Both the position numbers and the translations under genes were made by a program. Shown piece by piece: positions 10,360-21,659 of a stretch of 64,000 nt of DNA. The number at the start of each line of letters is the position of its first letter. Within the stretch, counting starts at the first letter, position 1. Location of the stretch: the NCBI GenBank assembly GCA_030704615.1, contig CM060733.1, positions 24,180,001 to 24,244,000 on the forward strand. The letters run 5' to 3'. The notes beneath the pieces are model-generated. The model was not told the origin of the DNA. It worked only from the letters and a program-made list of their open reading frames with translations, and did not search any database. The stretch comes from Takakia lepidozioides. Lineage: Eukaryota; Plantae; Bryophyta.

Positions 10360-11879
10360 GCCAATGTCCAACCCTTCACACTACCTTTTTCCAAAAGAAG
10401 CCATTGCCCAAACAGCTCTCAGCCTTTCTACAAGTTTCAACCAAATACCCCAACAGCCCTCTTTTCCCTTCAACTGTGAACCTCAGTTGTTCATACCCTG
10501 AGACCATACTGGAAATCAGTTCCAAAACCAAATCAATGTCCGTATTGCTTCCCCATCCACATTATCCTTTCTCTGTTTTCAACAGTTCTAACTAACCCTC
10601 ACTGGTGTTCTCAATCAGCCAAGCTAGGTCTACATTGGTTCCAGTGTATCAATACCCAGGGCAGCATTGTGTGCAGGTTTATAACACTGAAACAAAGAAC
10701 AAGAATGAAGACAAACAGTGACCATTCTGATTCAGTGACAAGCAATCTCTCCCCCCACTCATTTCTCCTACTGACACTATAACATCAGGTGCATCCATCC
10801 TTTCCCTATCCTGGTTTGAAGTCCAGAGTCTCCATTCCATTTCCAAAACCTTTTCCTCTATCACATGTCTCTACCTCCTTCTCCTCTACCAAGAGCCAGT
10901 CCTAAATCCACACCAAAACGATTTCTAAGTCACTACCCCCAAAAACCGAAGCCAACAGTCTACGAACTTATCTGTTTTATCCTCCAGCGAAGCGGTGGAT
11001 CTGCCTGCCAAGATGGCACCTCACCATCGCCTGTCAGCAGCCACTTCAACCTATTCTCCTTGTCTTGATTCCAGTATTTATCATGCCATGATGGCTCCTC
11101 TTCATCCTATGGAACATCCTGTGGCTTGCCAACTAAATACTCTATCCTTCTATGCGTGCAATTCTTCCCTAAGAATTGACATGGTCCTATAGCAAGAAGA
11201 CACAAAAGCAGCTATAAGCTTTGATTACAGATAACCTGAGTTGCCATCCAGCCAGCACTTCACATGCCTCATCCCCTCCATTGATTGTGCCCACAACTCA
11301 CTTCCTTGTGCTTCCGGCAGCTGGCCGTTTTCCTTGCTTGCTCATCTGCCCATAACTGTTTTCTTCAAGGCAATGGCGACAGCGGTGGTGCGCCGCTCTT
11401 CTTACATGCTCCTACTCCAGGAATTGATCATCACTACGAGAGAAGCGGCACCGCTTCCCTTTACGCAGAATACCAAGCAGAAGCACTTAATGCTGCTCTC
11501 TAAACCAAGCAGAGTCCCATAGCGTAGGTACAACCTCCCAAAAACAGACGACCCTGACAACCCCACTGCTCGCAGCAGCTGCTAAGAGTTGCCCGTCATC
11601 TTCCTCTTCGTTTTCCTCAACCCGCGTTTCTAGGTTAAACACCTGGGATGAAAACGTGCATCCTACGGATGAAAACGTTCATCCTACGGATGAAAATACG
11701 CATGGTCATGACTTAGCCATTTTTATCTTGGTAAAGCATAAGCACAGTATGCCCATGAAATTACCTGTATGCAGGGATATATCCCTCCTGCAGTTGTACA
11801 ACGGGCACTCCCGTTGTAGTGATGCAGGGTCTTAACGGTAAGACAAAATGTAATGTCACTCCCCTGCATTCACACTACA
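9630..11879 (-). repeat. E1 5' LTR (lacks the terminal 10 bp present on the 3' LTR)
   Basis: Starts TGTAGTGTGA at 11879; differs from the 3' LTR by a few substitutions, microsatellite length and one 21-bp repeat unit. Confidence 0.95.
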
Positions 11880-12517
11880 GTGGTATGATTGAAGGGCGGG
11901 ACATTGTGGTGAACATCAACAGGGGCAGTACAACGGCTGCAATCCAGTTTACCTGGAGGAGCCCGATGACTCATGAGCTAGTTCTCAGAGCAGTCGAAGT
12001 CCCATTGACAACGTGACTTGTATTCAGAAGGCACAGGGCTAAAGATTTGTTTGCACAATCAGCACAGTAGACGTGCTTCAAATGCAATTCATGTGGATCA
12101 ATAAAAACCCCATTGTGCCCTCTTTTTGTTCTATTCTGTATCCATCGTTCCCAAAATGCGTCATTCCTCATTTCGTTTGGGATTGGGAGTGTGGGTGGAT
12201 TTTGCAAGTGGCTGGTAGGCTGAAATGGGCTGCCATTGTACAGAGCAGTACCACCCTACCATTCGCGAAACATTGCCTTTCAATATGTAATTCTAAAAAA
12301 CATTGTCGAACCTCCTTCATCGGGAGGTCCTTCTCCCCCTATGACCGTGACACCCTAAACCCTATTCCCGCGGACACTCATTTCCGGAAAATAGTCCTGC
12401 TCATGTTTTTTTTGACACTTACGACTCTGTTCATGGCTCATGCCGCTCATGGCTCATGGCTCATGAAATAGCAGCCCCCCTGAGATCTTGGGTATTGACT
12501 CCTATGAGCTTGGCCTC

Positions 12518-14030
12518 TCATGTCTTGTGAACTGCCACTAGCCATATCCACTGCCACCATCCCAAGCAGTGTGGACATAACCAATCTCCATCAGGAACCC
12601 TCTCAAGAGGTGGTGTCAAGCATCCCATGTGCCAACCTCGTGAGCATTGATCACACACCAACATAGTGGCGGCACCATGAGCATGCCCACATAGCATGCA
12701 ACGCAATCCTGCAGGTACCACTGCAAGGTTGGGATCTATCCTCCCATCCACATGTGGAAGGTGACATGGCGCACAATTACACACATGGTCCTTCCATACC
12801 ATTCCATCTCGACCCTCTAGAATCAACACTCCTGAAGGCAACACCTCCTTGACCCTTAGAATCACACGTCCTGCTGTGACATCCAAGGTCGTAGGCGCTG
12901 TCTGCTGCAGATACACATAGTCCCCAGGGTGGAAACGCCGAACACCTGGCCGATATCCCCCTCTACGTATAGTGACATACCTCAATGTGTCTCGGTGTTG
13001 GGCAATAGCAAGATTCTCAAAAGCCATAGGCATGACTCTCTTGAACAACTTTGCCCACTGGGCACATGCTTGTGTCCACACATCCGGATCATCAAGGTTG
13101 AGGACTACTGCAGCCTCCCTACGAATAGACGCAGGCAAATCTGACTCTCGGCCAAAAAGAAGGAAATATGGTGAGAAGGAGGCAAGTGATGCTTGCTTGC
13201 TAAACCTGTAGCCCATGGCTAGCCAAGGTACCTGAAGATCCCAATCTCCTAGGTGTCCTTTTTGCAAGCCATACTTGCGCAAACCCCTCTTCACCGTCTG
13301 CACCACTCTCTCTGCCAAGCCATCGGCCTCAGGATGATCCCGAGAAGTGGTACGGTGGTCTATCAAGGCTTTATCACACAAAGCCTGAAACTCCCCTAAG
13401 AACTCTCTCCCTTGGTCCGTGAGTACCTCAGCTGGAGCACCAAATCGGCTAAGCACACGATCCAAGAATGCATATGCAACCCCCTCACTAGCCTTGTCAG
13501 GCAATGGAACCAACTCAATCCACTTGGAGAATTGCTCCACCATCACCAACACATATCTGTGCTGACGCATCGTTAGTGGCAAAGGCCCTGCGAAGTCAAG
13601 ACTTCACCTATAGCCCAATCCCATGATGGGTAAATGATGCAACTGTGGTGTAGGGGTGTTGAATGAAGCACGCACCCTGTCACACACCATGCACCTAGCC
13701 CCGAACCGTTGCACCTCTGTATGCATACCACGCCACCAATACTGCCCCTGCAGTAAACTATGAGTGCGTCGCACTCCAAAATGCCCAACTCCTCATGGGC
13801 ATGCCGCACTAACCGTGCACGCGGTGTTGAGTGAGGCACGATCCTCACCCGACCATCCTCCCACACTTGAAGCAGGTGTATCCCCTCCCACTTGAACCTC
13901 TTGGCTCGTTGTAGGATCCGATCCATCTCCTTGGTAGTCACACTAGCTGCCGTGTCTCCAGTGCAGAGGTAGTCCAACACAACCGAATCCTCATATATAT
14001 CTCTGGCACCACCTGGCTCATCACTAGCCT
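12518..14030 (-). pseudogene. E2 integrase with C-terminal PHD finger (12566-12700)
   Basis: HEELGH..C..C Zn-binding region (frameshifted); LTDQGREF...DGLAER; CMLC...CDQCSRGWHMGC...WLCPHC. Confidence 0.92.
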
Positions 14031-14729
14031 CAGGGTCCTCAGACACTCTGTCTACAGTCATCCCTGTTGTAGGTCCAACCTGACCTCCCGATGCCAAGAT
14101 ACACAAAAAAGGCAGATGCATGCCATCCCGGCACCATCTCCTTGTCCGTCTCACCATGCCACCGAGCTCCAGTGTCATCCTGCTAGCTTGTGCATGGATT
14201 GCGATTCAATCCATCCGCATCCCTATTGACCAAACCCGGTCGATGCACAACCTGAACATGTTTCTCATGCTCCTCCACCGTAGCATGAGAGACAAAGCAA
14301 TTCCTGTAAGCCTCAGGAACTACCGTATACGTCGTCTCTCTCCTCTAGTGACAATAGGTCCAATGTCAGGCTCCCAATTGCCCTTCGTAACTACAACCTT
14401 AAGTCCAGCAGACTTGGAGGTAGAGGACGCGTCCCGTGGTTGCTATGCCGCAACCTCTTGAGCAGTACTCCCTGCCTGCTCAGTCAATGAGAAGGCCTCA
14501 TCTTGCCCCATCATCTCATCCTTGAGGACCTCCTCAACCCGAGAAGAATCCCCAACCTCATCCATCACAGCCGCATTGGCTGCCAACTCCCTCTGAACCT
14601 CGAGCACCTCCCACATGTGCCATGGATGTCTACACCCTGTGGTCCTCACTGGCTCGCCCCCACTCACTGCCTATACCGTCTCGGTAGGCAGAGAGACCGT
14701 CAAGGGAAGTGCACTCCGCACTCTTCGTT

Positions 14730-15695
14730 GCTCAGCCATAGCCAAGCTGATAATCCAGGTCAAGCAATTTAGATCCATTGCTCCCCAACACCTGACGACG
14801 TGATGCCTCAGAAAGAGAAGGCACCACCGTGGTCCCAGTGGAAAAACCCATAGCCCGCTCTTGCTCGTCGGCATTAGGCTCCAGTAATTGCTACAACTGA
14901 TCATCCCACAGGAGGCCAGGTCCATTATCCCGGAAAGCATGCGATCCTGGGAAGCTGAGCAGTGTAGGTAATGCTGCTCGTGGTTGACCCACCTTGTTGA
15001 CCACTGCCAAAGGCGAACGGTCCTCGTGTCTCACATGCTAAGACTGCCTCCCTGTGTCCAAAATGCTATCCACTGTGAGATGTGCTGGCCGCTGCACCCC
15101 ATCAAATGCACGCTTGAGCAGTGCGGGTGGCATCAAGTTAGTCCACCATAGCCGTGGACGATGAGCCCGTGACCCCACTGTAGCTGCATCTAAGAACATT
15201 GTTGACCCAAGCCACGACCGGACTTGATGCACACTGGCCATCATCCTGGCCCAAGAATCGCCCATCAGTGGCACATTCTCCAAGATGTATGCTGGAGATA
15301 CAGCTTGATGAAGCTGTAAGTGGCGCAAAACCCGCACCATCTCCCAAAAGAGACCCGACCTCGAGTCTCGCAATCCATTGTCATGCCCGGCTGATGAATG
15401 CCCTTGGCAGGGCCAACCTGCCACTACCAGATCAATGGAGCCAACCCGCTCCAAATCCTGCACCCCCAGCAATGAAATGTCTGCTGGCAAGGCCTGCTGA
15501 TATCCACGAACTGCAGACACTGGCAACAACTCAGGGTACCGGTGCACCAACTGAGCAACATGACGAAGTGAAACGCGTCGTGCAGTTTCATCCCTCTCCA
15601 CATACAGGTAACGCCAAACTCGTACACCTACCTGTAACACAACAGCCAATCCGGTGCTGATACCGCCAAACAAGTCCAGAAGACAAATGCCTTCA
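14730..15695 (-). pseudogene. DNMT3-like DNA (cytosine-5) methyltransferase domain in the E2 polyprotein
   Basis: Motif I LDLFGGI, II YVERD, IV AGWPCQGHS, VI ILENVP, VIII AHRPRLWWTN, IX ERAMGF, X-like VLG-AMDLN. Stops and frameshifts after motif VIII. Confidence 0.92.
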
Positions 15696-16267
15696 TCCGG
15701 ATACTGCCACACAATAGGTGTGGTGTCCAATGGAGGCAATTGAGGTGGTCCTGGTGCAATCCCCGCACTCTCCTCCTCTCCTGTCGGTACAAAAGCCTCC
15801 ACCCAGACTTGTTGCACCCGTCGATCAGCATCCCGCTGCAAATCCTTGCTCGAGTCTGAGCAACCATGGTAGGCAACTCCGCCATACCATACATGTCATC
15901 CTGCTCTCCCGGAGGTGGCACATCCTCTGAATGAGCGTTGCCCTCAAGCAACTCTCCAGGCCAACTCACTGCCGATGTGAATGCTGTTAGTGTCGGCATC
16001 TTGTCTCGCTGGGCAACCGCAACTCCTCCTATGAACATCACAGGGAGCTGCACATGCCGGCCCTCCGTTGACTGCCATGCAGGCCTATAGGAAGCTGACT
16101 CCTCCCAAAAATCCAGGGTGAAGCCCATGGGGTACAATACTGCCCCACCAACCATGACATCGTACGAGACCGCGTCTGTCACAATGGCCTTGGCTCGCAT
16201 CACTGAGCCATCTGTAGGGTGATCCGGCCGTCGTCTGATAGCCAACTCACGCCGTGTCATGCCCCGA

Positions 16268-17159
16268 TGTTGAGCGGCTTTTACTCACCCATCCCTTCGC
16301 TATCCGAGGTGGAAACTCCAAAATAGAAGAGTTGGATATTTCTAAGCACTCAACCCGCTCAGTGCAATCAGTCATGACCTACAGCTAGTGAATCATGGTT
16401 GTGCTTCCCAATTGTATTCCTTCTTGCCTTCATGTTATCAATTCACCTTATCTGATACTAAAGCATCAGATTGCTTCAATATCTACTTAATTCCAATTAA
16501 TCATGCATTCATTTCACAGCTTCACCCATGTCTCTCTACACAGCGTGCTTGTATTGAATAAGTATCAGATTACGATTTATCAGGTACTAGGCCAATGTCA
16601 AGTGACACTAATCCACCCTACAGTATCACTACAGTTCTGCATGAAGTAAAGCATCTACTGTTCATCTCTCCTCCTACTCCGTGCTCTCGTTCTTGCTCTC
16701 CCCTTGATCTCCTCTCCTCCCTCACCATGAAGTGCTCCCCGTGAAGTGTCATTCTTTCCGTTGCCGCTCTCCTTATCTGCCCCCCAAGCTGTTGTAACCA
16801 CCTAACTAATTAACCGTTATCTCCGAAGTATCACGTTCCTTCTGCAGATATCGTTCCCTCACAGTCATTCCCTGCCATTGATAACTGTTCCCCATGTACT
16901 GTGACAGGCTGTGTCAAGCTGTGCCGAGCTGTGACTGGCTGTGACGAGCTGTGGCGGCCGTGCGAAGCTGTGTCAGGCTGTGTCGGCTGTGATTGGCTGT
17001 GACGGGCTGTGTCGGGCTGTGTAACCCCCCCCCCCCCCCCCCCCCCAAAAGTCTGTTGCTGTCACCCCTAAGGCTCCTGTTGGTCTCAGTCTGTGTAAAA
17101 AATTAAGGGTACCCCACAGATTCCGTAAAAGCGTCTAAGTCCCAAGCAGCCCTCTAACA
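16268..17159 (-). repeat. 3' LTR (892 bp) of element E3, inserted in the E2 protease
   Basis: Minus strand: PPT GAGAGGGGGAGGGG-TAAA, then TGTTAGAG...CTCAACA; E2 protease resumes at 16267. Contains a C22 run (17025-17046) and a GCTGTG array. Confidence 0.8.
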
Positions 17160-17198
17160 TTTACCCCTCCCCCTCTCAAAAAGCCGTGTCCTCACGGT

Positions 17199-20100
17199 TT
17201 ACTGTTTGGGATTAGCAAACCTTTGTGAGCGAGCACCTTTCTGACGGTGAGAGTCTCGTGAAGGACTCCGTGTGCGAGCCCGAGTCTTGTCACTAGTTGA
17301 CGGAGATGATTGAGCACTACCTGGAAATGTCAGTCCCTCCTTTGGTTGATATCGTGGTAACCTCTCAGGCATAAGAGATCCCCGTCGTTTCTTTTTTGCC
17401 ATCTGAATTGCGTAGTCCTCTGCCATGTCAAAAGAGTCCGCTGAAGAAACAATAGTATCAGAGTCTTCGTCGCCCCTCAGGTGTTTTAACGGTCGAACTC
17501 TAACTGGAATCCGTTGGGGCATACAATGTGGTCCCACCATGTCTGGAAGTTTACAATGTACAACCTGTTGTAAGCTCTTAATGGCAAAATTGGTGAACAC
17601 CCTGAACTCCTTGTCCGTATAGGTGAGTGGTGTGCCAATGACTTGGGAACAGTGCAAGTATTTCCATGCCTCATGGCCCTTAAAGAAAATATCGCCAGGG
17701 CCAAATTTCTATGTTGTCAAATTGTTCCAAGCCGAATGAAACCATGAACGAAGTTGGGAATCCTTCTACATCATAACCTTTGCATCATATAGGTACATAT
17801 GAGGTGGCACTGAAGGTAAGACCCAATGATCCCCACTGGAATAACTCAGAAATCGCGATTGCATCTTCTGCTGCTCAATGTGATAACGTGCCAGAAAACA
17901 AGCAGCATAGTATAACCCGCAGCCTATGACAATACTTGCTACCTCCTTGGTCTTGGTATAAATGTACCCATGTACAACCTGGAGGGCAATTAATTCCTTC
18001 AACATGGTACTTGCTTCATGCCAGTACCTCGCAAAGTGATGATCCTCAATGGGGCGATTGTTCGGAAGAACCTTAGTCCTAGTTGCCACTGGCAGCCAAA
18101 TGCGCATGATCAAGTAGTAATGTGCCAACGACTGCGGAGGACTGAATTCCTTCCAAGCCAAATCCAACACAATGGGAATTTGATTGAAGGGCATAATCAT
18201 AGCCCGACTGTACTCCCGTGCAGCAGGAGTCCTAGGTGGGTTAAAAGCAGCATCCCCCCATACCTCAGGTTGTGGTGGCTGTGGTGTGGCTGTAGTAACA
18301 ACAGGGTCAGCTATCGGCACAGTCACTTGTTGTGGTATTGGTAATACTGGCCCTTCCACCACTGGCATCTCCTGCATCCCTTGCGAAGAAGACTCAAAAA
18401 TTAGAGTTCTGGCTTGTAAATAAGTAGCCATCAGCTGCTCCTCAGGTATAAAGACTCACTTATCAATATTTGAAGTCAGGTTCTCCACCTGAGTCTGCAG
18501 GCCGTCTACATCCTCCTGTAGCTCCGCTATCCTACTATAGACATTGTCTATAGTAGTTGTGGCAATGTTCTGCACCTGCAGTCTGAGCTCATTCATCTCG
18601 CCTTGGGTGAGCTTCCGTGGTGCTTTGCCTTCCACTGGCCCTTGTGCTAACCAGACTTGCATAAGGTGGTTATCCACCAAGTTGCGTGTGGCACCCCTGA
18701 GAGTCTGCTCCTCTGTGAGCCTGTACACAGCTATCTGCTGCTGTAAAGCCTCCATGCGCTTCGCATGAGGTTCAACCAAACTCGCATAGGCAGCCAGATT
18801 ATTGGCTTCTTTCCAAGCCTTGTTAGCCACAGAGAGTTTATTTCTATTTACCATGACCGTTTGTTGCAATTCCAGGATGTACCTCTCTTGGTCAGCTTCA
18901 ACCTGCCTGTATTGCTTGAAAGTATTCTCATTGCGACAGATTGTATTCTTCATATCAATAATGAGTTTTGCCTGCCCGACATTCTCTGTCTGTGCCTTCA
19001 TACATCTTTCTGCTTGGCTGTTAACTTCTAATGTAGTTTGCTCAAGCGTAGTTGTGAGTGTAGCACATTGTATGGCCATCCTCTCATGTACTGTCTGCAA
19101 CTCCGTATGTAGTGCATTCACTTCTTGCAACTTGCTCTCATGCTTCACCTGCATTTGGTATAGCTGTTGCTTATGTGCTTCGTGCAACAAGTCCTGCGTG
19201 AGGCCTCCTTCAATCAAATGTTCCTTGGCCAACTGCAAAGCAGCTGTTGTATCCTCTAACTCTTGCTGTAACTTGAGAGTGACCTCCTCATCGACCTTGT
19301 TTGACACTCAGTGGCAAGTCGAGCCTCAAACTCCTTCCTGAGTTCCTCCCTCAAAGCTGCCAATTGGGTAGATGGAACATGGGATTTCACATAAGTGCCC
19401 AACAAATTAAGTGTCCTGCTTATGGAACTCATAAGCATGGCCTGCTGAGGGTCATCATGGTGAGCTTGCTGCTGTTCTCCCTGATCCTCAACAGTGTGAT
19501 GCCTCACAAACCATTCAGGCCATTGCCCCACCAGATTTTCTTCCTGTACCACTTCATTCGCCACAGGTGCTGCAGTGTCTTGATATTCTACCTGTGGTAC
19601 CTCCGTCACATGTGCGGGTACTACATGCACAACAGGGTTTCCCCTGGACAACCGCTGCACCTTTGGAATCACTGTTTCCCTTACCAAGCCAGAGTTTTCA
19701 TAGAGAAGGTCACCCTTCTCAATTTCGGCCACGACTTGCTCTGTAGTGGGAATGTCCAACCTTTCTCCTTCCTGAGCAATTGGTGGTGATGCCACAACAT
19801 ATACTAGTTGTGGAACCTCCAAAACAACAGAGTCAATTGGTTGTGGTGGCTGTGGTATCGAATTGACTTCCTCTTCCCTCTCTGAAGGCCCTGCTTCCAA
19901 TAGTAGCAGCTCTCTGTGCTGCTGTGCCCCATCCTGCACAAAAGCTTGGGAAACATTATCATGCGGTTTCCGTGAAGCCAGTGGATCCGCCACTACAATC
20001 TTACCCCGCCTTTGTCTCTTAGACTGGTGTTGCGCTGCCAGTCCACCCTCACTGTGTGAAGAGCCTTGCTCTTCAATTGCAGTGATTTCTGCTTCAAACA

Positions 20101-21397
20101 CTCCCATCTCCTTTCTTTCCCGAGTATCAAGTATGCAAGAATCAAGAATTATTTGAGCAATGATTGGACCGGACACAATGATGGGAGACTTAGCAGTAGT
20201 GCCCTGTAACCTCTTCATCTTGTCCACCAATCCGTTGTACATTAACTCCGCCCAAGCGACATCCTCTCCCCTCAAAGCTTTCAGGATCTCCTTTGTGAAG
20301 GACCTGCTCAAATACTGTTGGTTCTGTTTCATGGCAAACAGAACGTTCAAGATTTGGCCAACTTCTCTAAGCCCTGGGTACTCCGCTTTGGTACAAGCAA
20401 AACCTTGAGTTTTAAAGAAACTCCCTTCTTGGAACAGATTCCCTATCTGCAATCTTACCCTGTGCTCATCCACATCCACATGTCCTGATGGCAAATCAAA
20501 CAATTGCTGCAGGTACTGGGGAGTAATTTCTATATCTACTCCCCTCACCTGAGTAACTCTTGTCCGAGGCTCAAAATTCTGAAGAAATTGTATCATGAAC
20601 TGCCGATGATGCAAGGACCAGTCTTTGCATAGCAATCCCTCCAATCGCAGCTCCTTCAGTAGCTGCACCGCCTGTGGTGCAGCAATCGTTTGCTTCTGTA
20701 AGATTGTGGTGCTCTTCACCCTGATATCCTCCATTCCTCTCACTCTCTTCATTCTAGACAAACAGAAAGGTTTTGGTTGCAACAACTGAAGAAACGCCTG
20801 CAGGGCACAAAGCATAAAAGTATGGTTGGCGCAGAATGAAATGGGTAAGTGCTTGTAAGCCTGTGGGGCTTGCAAGTATCGGTTTAGAGAAAAGGTACTT
20901 TGCGTTCGCCCGTCCTTGTGCCACTGCGTAAGTAGTAATGCGAGAGTGTAGTCTGTTATTTCCGCCATAGCTTCAAAGCTATAGCTTTGATTGTCTCTCC
21001 TGACGAGACGTCCGTTACTTGGAACGACACCGACTCTTGCGCTCAGAATCCCTCTCAATTCTTGATTTTGCTTCTTGGAAAATACCCTGTGCAGGTAATT
21101 CTGGCTCATGATTGGCTGTTGGCTCTGTGATTGGTTTTGTAATTTAATTCCCTTTTCTGAACTCGAAAAGGGTTCCGTTACCCTGGCACTGAATGCATTA
21201 ATGGGCCCACAATTAGTTGCTGTACCGGGCAGGTACTTTGACGGCCAATTTTGTTTTCTTTCTTGATGACACCCGTTCTTGCAATTCATGACCAGCTGTG
21301 TGTCTCGCCCTGGCGTGTATGTGTCCATTTCTAAACGTGCATCCATCCACTTTTCCGCCGGCCACTCTCCGGATGTTAACCCGCGTCCACCTGTCAC
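17199..21397 (-). pseudogene. E3 large accessory ORF (one frameshift, three in-frame stops): plant-transposon-protein-like domain, acidic linker, long coiled coil, unknown C-terminal domain
   Basis: ORFs 19307-18456, 18431-17766 and 17657-17199 share one frame. FLQNF...VRGVDIEITPQYLQQLFDLP resembles retroelement accessory (Transposase_32-like) domains. Confidence 0.7.
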
Positions 21398-21409
21398 TGA
21401 TCCTATGGA

Positions 21410-21580
21410 CTGTGTAACCCCAATAGGCTGTGTTGAGCTGTGACAGGCTGTGTCATGCTGTGGTAAGCTGTGATAGGCTCTGACATGCTGTGGTAGGTTG
21501 TGATAGGCTGTGACACGCTGTGGTGGGCTGTGATAGGCTGTGTCACACTGTGATGGGCTGTGATAGGCTGTGTCACGCCT
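21410..21580. repeat. 10-bp-period GCTGTG array, same motif as 16899-17023 in the E3 LTR
   Basis: Units such as TGATAGGCTG, TGTCATGCTG, TGGTGGGCTG. Confidence 0.85.
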
Positions 21581-21659
21581 GTACTGCCCGCCCTGGTCAT
21601 ATACGCTCGGCTTAGCGACAAGTGCTCCATACTCCGTTGGTACTCCATACGCCTTTCAT

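Larger units (their letters stand above)
7200..11879 (-). mobile_element. E1 5' portion (5' LTR, PBS, extra ORF, gag, protease), truncated before RT
   Basis: LTR matches 2671-4990; PBS at 9617-9629; gag-protease ORF; preceded on the minus strand by CCAC. Confidence 0.95.
12518..16267 (-). mobile_element. Ty3/gypsy element E2 pol remnant: protease C-half, C5 DNA methyltransferase, RT/RNase H deleted, integrase, PHD finger
   Basis: Protease end YDVMVGGAVLYPMGFTLDF; DNMT motifs; RNase H tail VVHRPGLVNRDADGL; integrase core; C4HC3 finger. Several stops and frameshifts; no LTR identified. Confidence 0.9.

Noticed and set aside
2671-11879. DIRS-like or foldback element bounded by 2.3-kb inverted repeats
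   Set aside because: No tyrosine recombinase. A DDE integrase, PBS, PPT and matching TSD show these are LTRs of one split gypsy element.
6134-15841. Bacterial restriction-modification locus or contamination (two methyltransferases nearby)
   Set aside because: One has spliceosomal introns, the other is inside retro pol; no endonuclease; proximity is explained by nesting.
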